Shown: positions 62,552 through 64,000 of the stretch, one piece after another
Position numbering within the stretch: position 1 is the stretch's first letter
How the letters are laid out: each line of letters begins with the position of its first letter
NCBI GenBank assembly: GCA_963716255.1
Contig: OY970303.1
Coordinates: forward strand, 8,064,001-8,128,000
DNA: 64,000 nt
Origin: an uncultured Gemmatimonadales bacterium
Lineage (GTDB): Bacteria; Gemmatimonadota; Gemmatimonadetes; Longimicrobiales; Longimicrobiaceae
Reading direction: 5' to 3'
Program-made: the position numbers and the translations under genes
The notes under the pieces: generated by a model
What the model was told of the DNA's origin: nothing
The model's database searches: none
What the model saw: only the letters and a program-made list of their open reading frames with translations

Positions 62552-63787
62552 TCATGAAGCGGTGGCGCCGCGGCCCCGTCCCCCGGAGCGCGCGGCGACC
62601 TCGTGGTACAGGCCCGCCAATCTGTCTACGATCACCGGCCAGGAAAACCCCGCCGCCACGTCGTCCCGCCCCGCCAGCCCGTATCGGCGCCGCCGCCCCG
62701 GGTCGTCCATGCACGCGCGCACCGCCCCGGCGAGCGCCTCCGCGTCCCCCGGCGGCACCAGCCAGCCGTTCCGCCCGTCCCGGACGATGTCCACGATCCC
62801 GCCCGCCGCGCTGGCGATCACCGGCTTCGCGTTCACCATCGCCTCCAGCAGCACCACCCCCAGCCCCTCCGTGTCGCCCTTCGCGTCCACGGTCGCCGGG
62901 AGCACGAACGCGTCGCAGCCCGCGAAGCGCCGCGCCAGCTCCGCGCTGGACACGAAGCCCTCGAACACCACCCTCTCCCCCAGCCCCAGCAGCCTCGCCC
63001 GCGCCGCCAGCGCCTCGCGCTCCGGCCCGTCGCCCACCACCCGCAGCAGCAGCCGCCGCCCGGCGTCCAGGCGCGCCAGGGCGTCCAGCAGCACGTGCAC
63101 CCCCTTGCGCTCCACCAGCCGGCCCACGAACAGCAGCTCGAAGGGCCGCCCCTCCGCCGCCGGGTCGCGCGCGGGCGGCGTTTCCGCCGGCGGCGCCACC
63201 GTCGCCCCGAAAGGGATTATCGTCGAGCGCGCGTCCGGCACCAGGCGGCGCAGGCGCTCCGCCGTGTAGGTGGAGATGGTGGTCACCGCGTCCGAGCCGC
63301 GCACGATGCGCTTCAGCACCGGGCCCAGGAAGGGGAGCTGCGACTCCATCCAGGTCAGCTCCACCCCGAAGAAGGTGGACACCAGCGGCACCCCCGAGGC
63401 CCGCTTCGCCGCCAGCCCCAGCAGCCCGTGCGGGATCGGCCAGAAGGCGTGCAGCAGGTCGAACCCGCCCGAGCGCGCCAGCCGGGCCGCAGCCAGCGAG
63501 CCGGCCGCCACGTACCCCGGCACCAGCCCCAGGAAGTACGGGCGGTCGCGGATGCGGTCCGGCGCCGTCTGGTCGTGCGTCAGTGTCTCCCAGGGGCGCG
63601 GCGCGTAGCGGAAGCGGTGCACCCGCACCCCCTCCACCGTCTGGCCGCCCAGGCCGCGGTACGCGGGCGCGAGCACCTCCACCTCCACCCCTCGCTCCCC
63701 CAGCCGCCGGATCGTCTCCACCAGCCAGGGCGTGATCACGTCGGAAGGATCACGGGGGTACGCGGTCACCAGGTACAGGACTTTCAC
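62552..63787 (-). CDS. Family-4 glycosyltransferase
   Basis: VGRLVERKG, TEGLGVVLLEAM, FSW. Confidence 0.92.
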   Translation of the reverse strand: MKVLYLVTAYPRDPSDVITPWLVETIRRLGERGVEVEVLAPAYRGLGGQTVEGVRVHRFRYAPRPWETLTHDQTAPDRIRDRPYFLGLVPGYVAAGSLAAARLARSGGFDLLHAFWPIPHGLLGLAAKRASGVPLVSTFFGVELTWMESQLPFLGPVLKRIVRGSDAVTTISTYTAERLRRLVPDARSTIIPFGATVAPPAETPPARDPAAEGRPFELLFVGRLVERKGVHVLLDALARLDAGRRLLLRVVGDGPEREALAARARLLGLGERVVFEGFVSSAELARRFAGCDAFVLPATVDAKGDTEGLGVVLLEAMVNAKPVIASAAGGIVDIVRDGRNGWLVPPGDAEALAGAVRACMDDPGRRRRYGLAGRDDVAAGFSWPVIVDRLAGLYHEVAARSGGRGRGATAS

Positions 63788-63880
63788 TTGTCGGCCGCGG
63801 CGGGCGGGGGTATGTTAACGGCTCGCCAAAATACCACCCGCCCCCAAGCGACATCAAGGATCCTCACCGCCTTCCCCAGA

Positions 63881-64000
63881 GTGCAGCGCGTCCTCGTCAT
63901 CGTCCCGACCTACAATGAGCGCGAGAACCTCCCTCGCATCATTCCCCAGATCCTCGCCAAGGACCCCCGCCTGGAGGTCCTCGTCGTCGACGACGGCTCG
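63881..64000 (+). CDS. Polyprenol-monophosphomannose synthase (Dpm1/Ppm1-like GT2), 5' partial
   Basis: MQRVLVIVPTYNERENLPRIIPQILAKDPRLEVLVVDDGS, truncated by the window end. Confidence 0.8.
   Translation, partial: MQRVLVIVPTYNERENLPRIIPQILAKDPRLEVLVVDDGS

Overview
High-GC bacterial chromosomal window from a diderm, LPS-making organism; the gene content and style suggest Gemmatimonadota (Longimicrobium-like), which is an inference. Most of it is core metabolism: hldA-ridA-PMM/PGM, arcC-sucCD-EIIA/CBS-ndk, yceD-rpmF-plsX-fabHDG-acpP-fabF, ispF-dedA-xerD-trpG, kdsB-pyrG-kdsACD-lptCAB-rpoN, greA, and a surface-glycosylation locus (YfhO GT-C, GT4s, methyltransferases, Dpm1-like GT2). Accessory parts are a lipid-kinase/GNAT/OleC-like operon, a REC-Hpt-GGDEF/HEAT/GT2 operon, a PIN toxin-antitoxin pair, an orphan degenerate HEPN gene and an IS5-family element. 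Two features stand out. (1) A ~135-nt intergenic multi-hairpin element occurs 12 times; its stems are hypervariable but fully compensated and carry a repeated GYNGTHT loop motif, and it is combined with REP-like palindromic modules. (2) A lower-GC cassette pairs a TPR-like protein with a convergent 81-aa lipoprotein-signal precursor containing two SGPTIGTG(H/Y) repeats, resembling a peptide-receptor (RRNPP-like) signalling module in a diderm.
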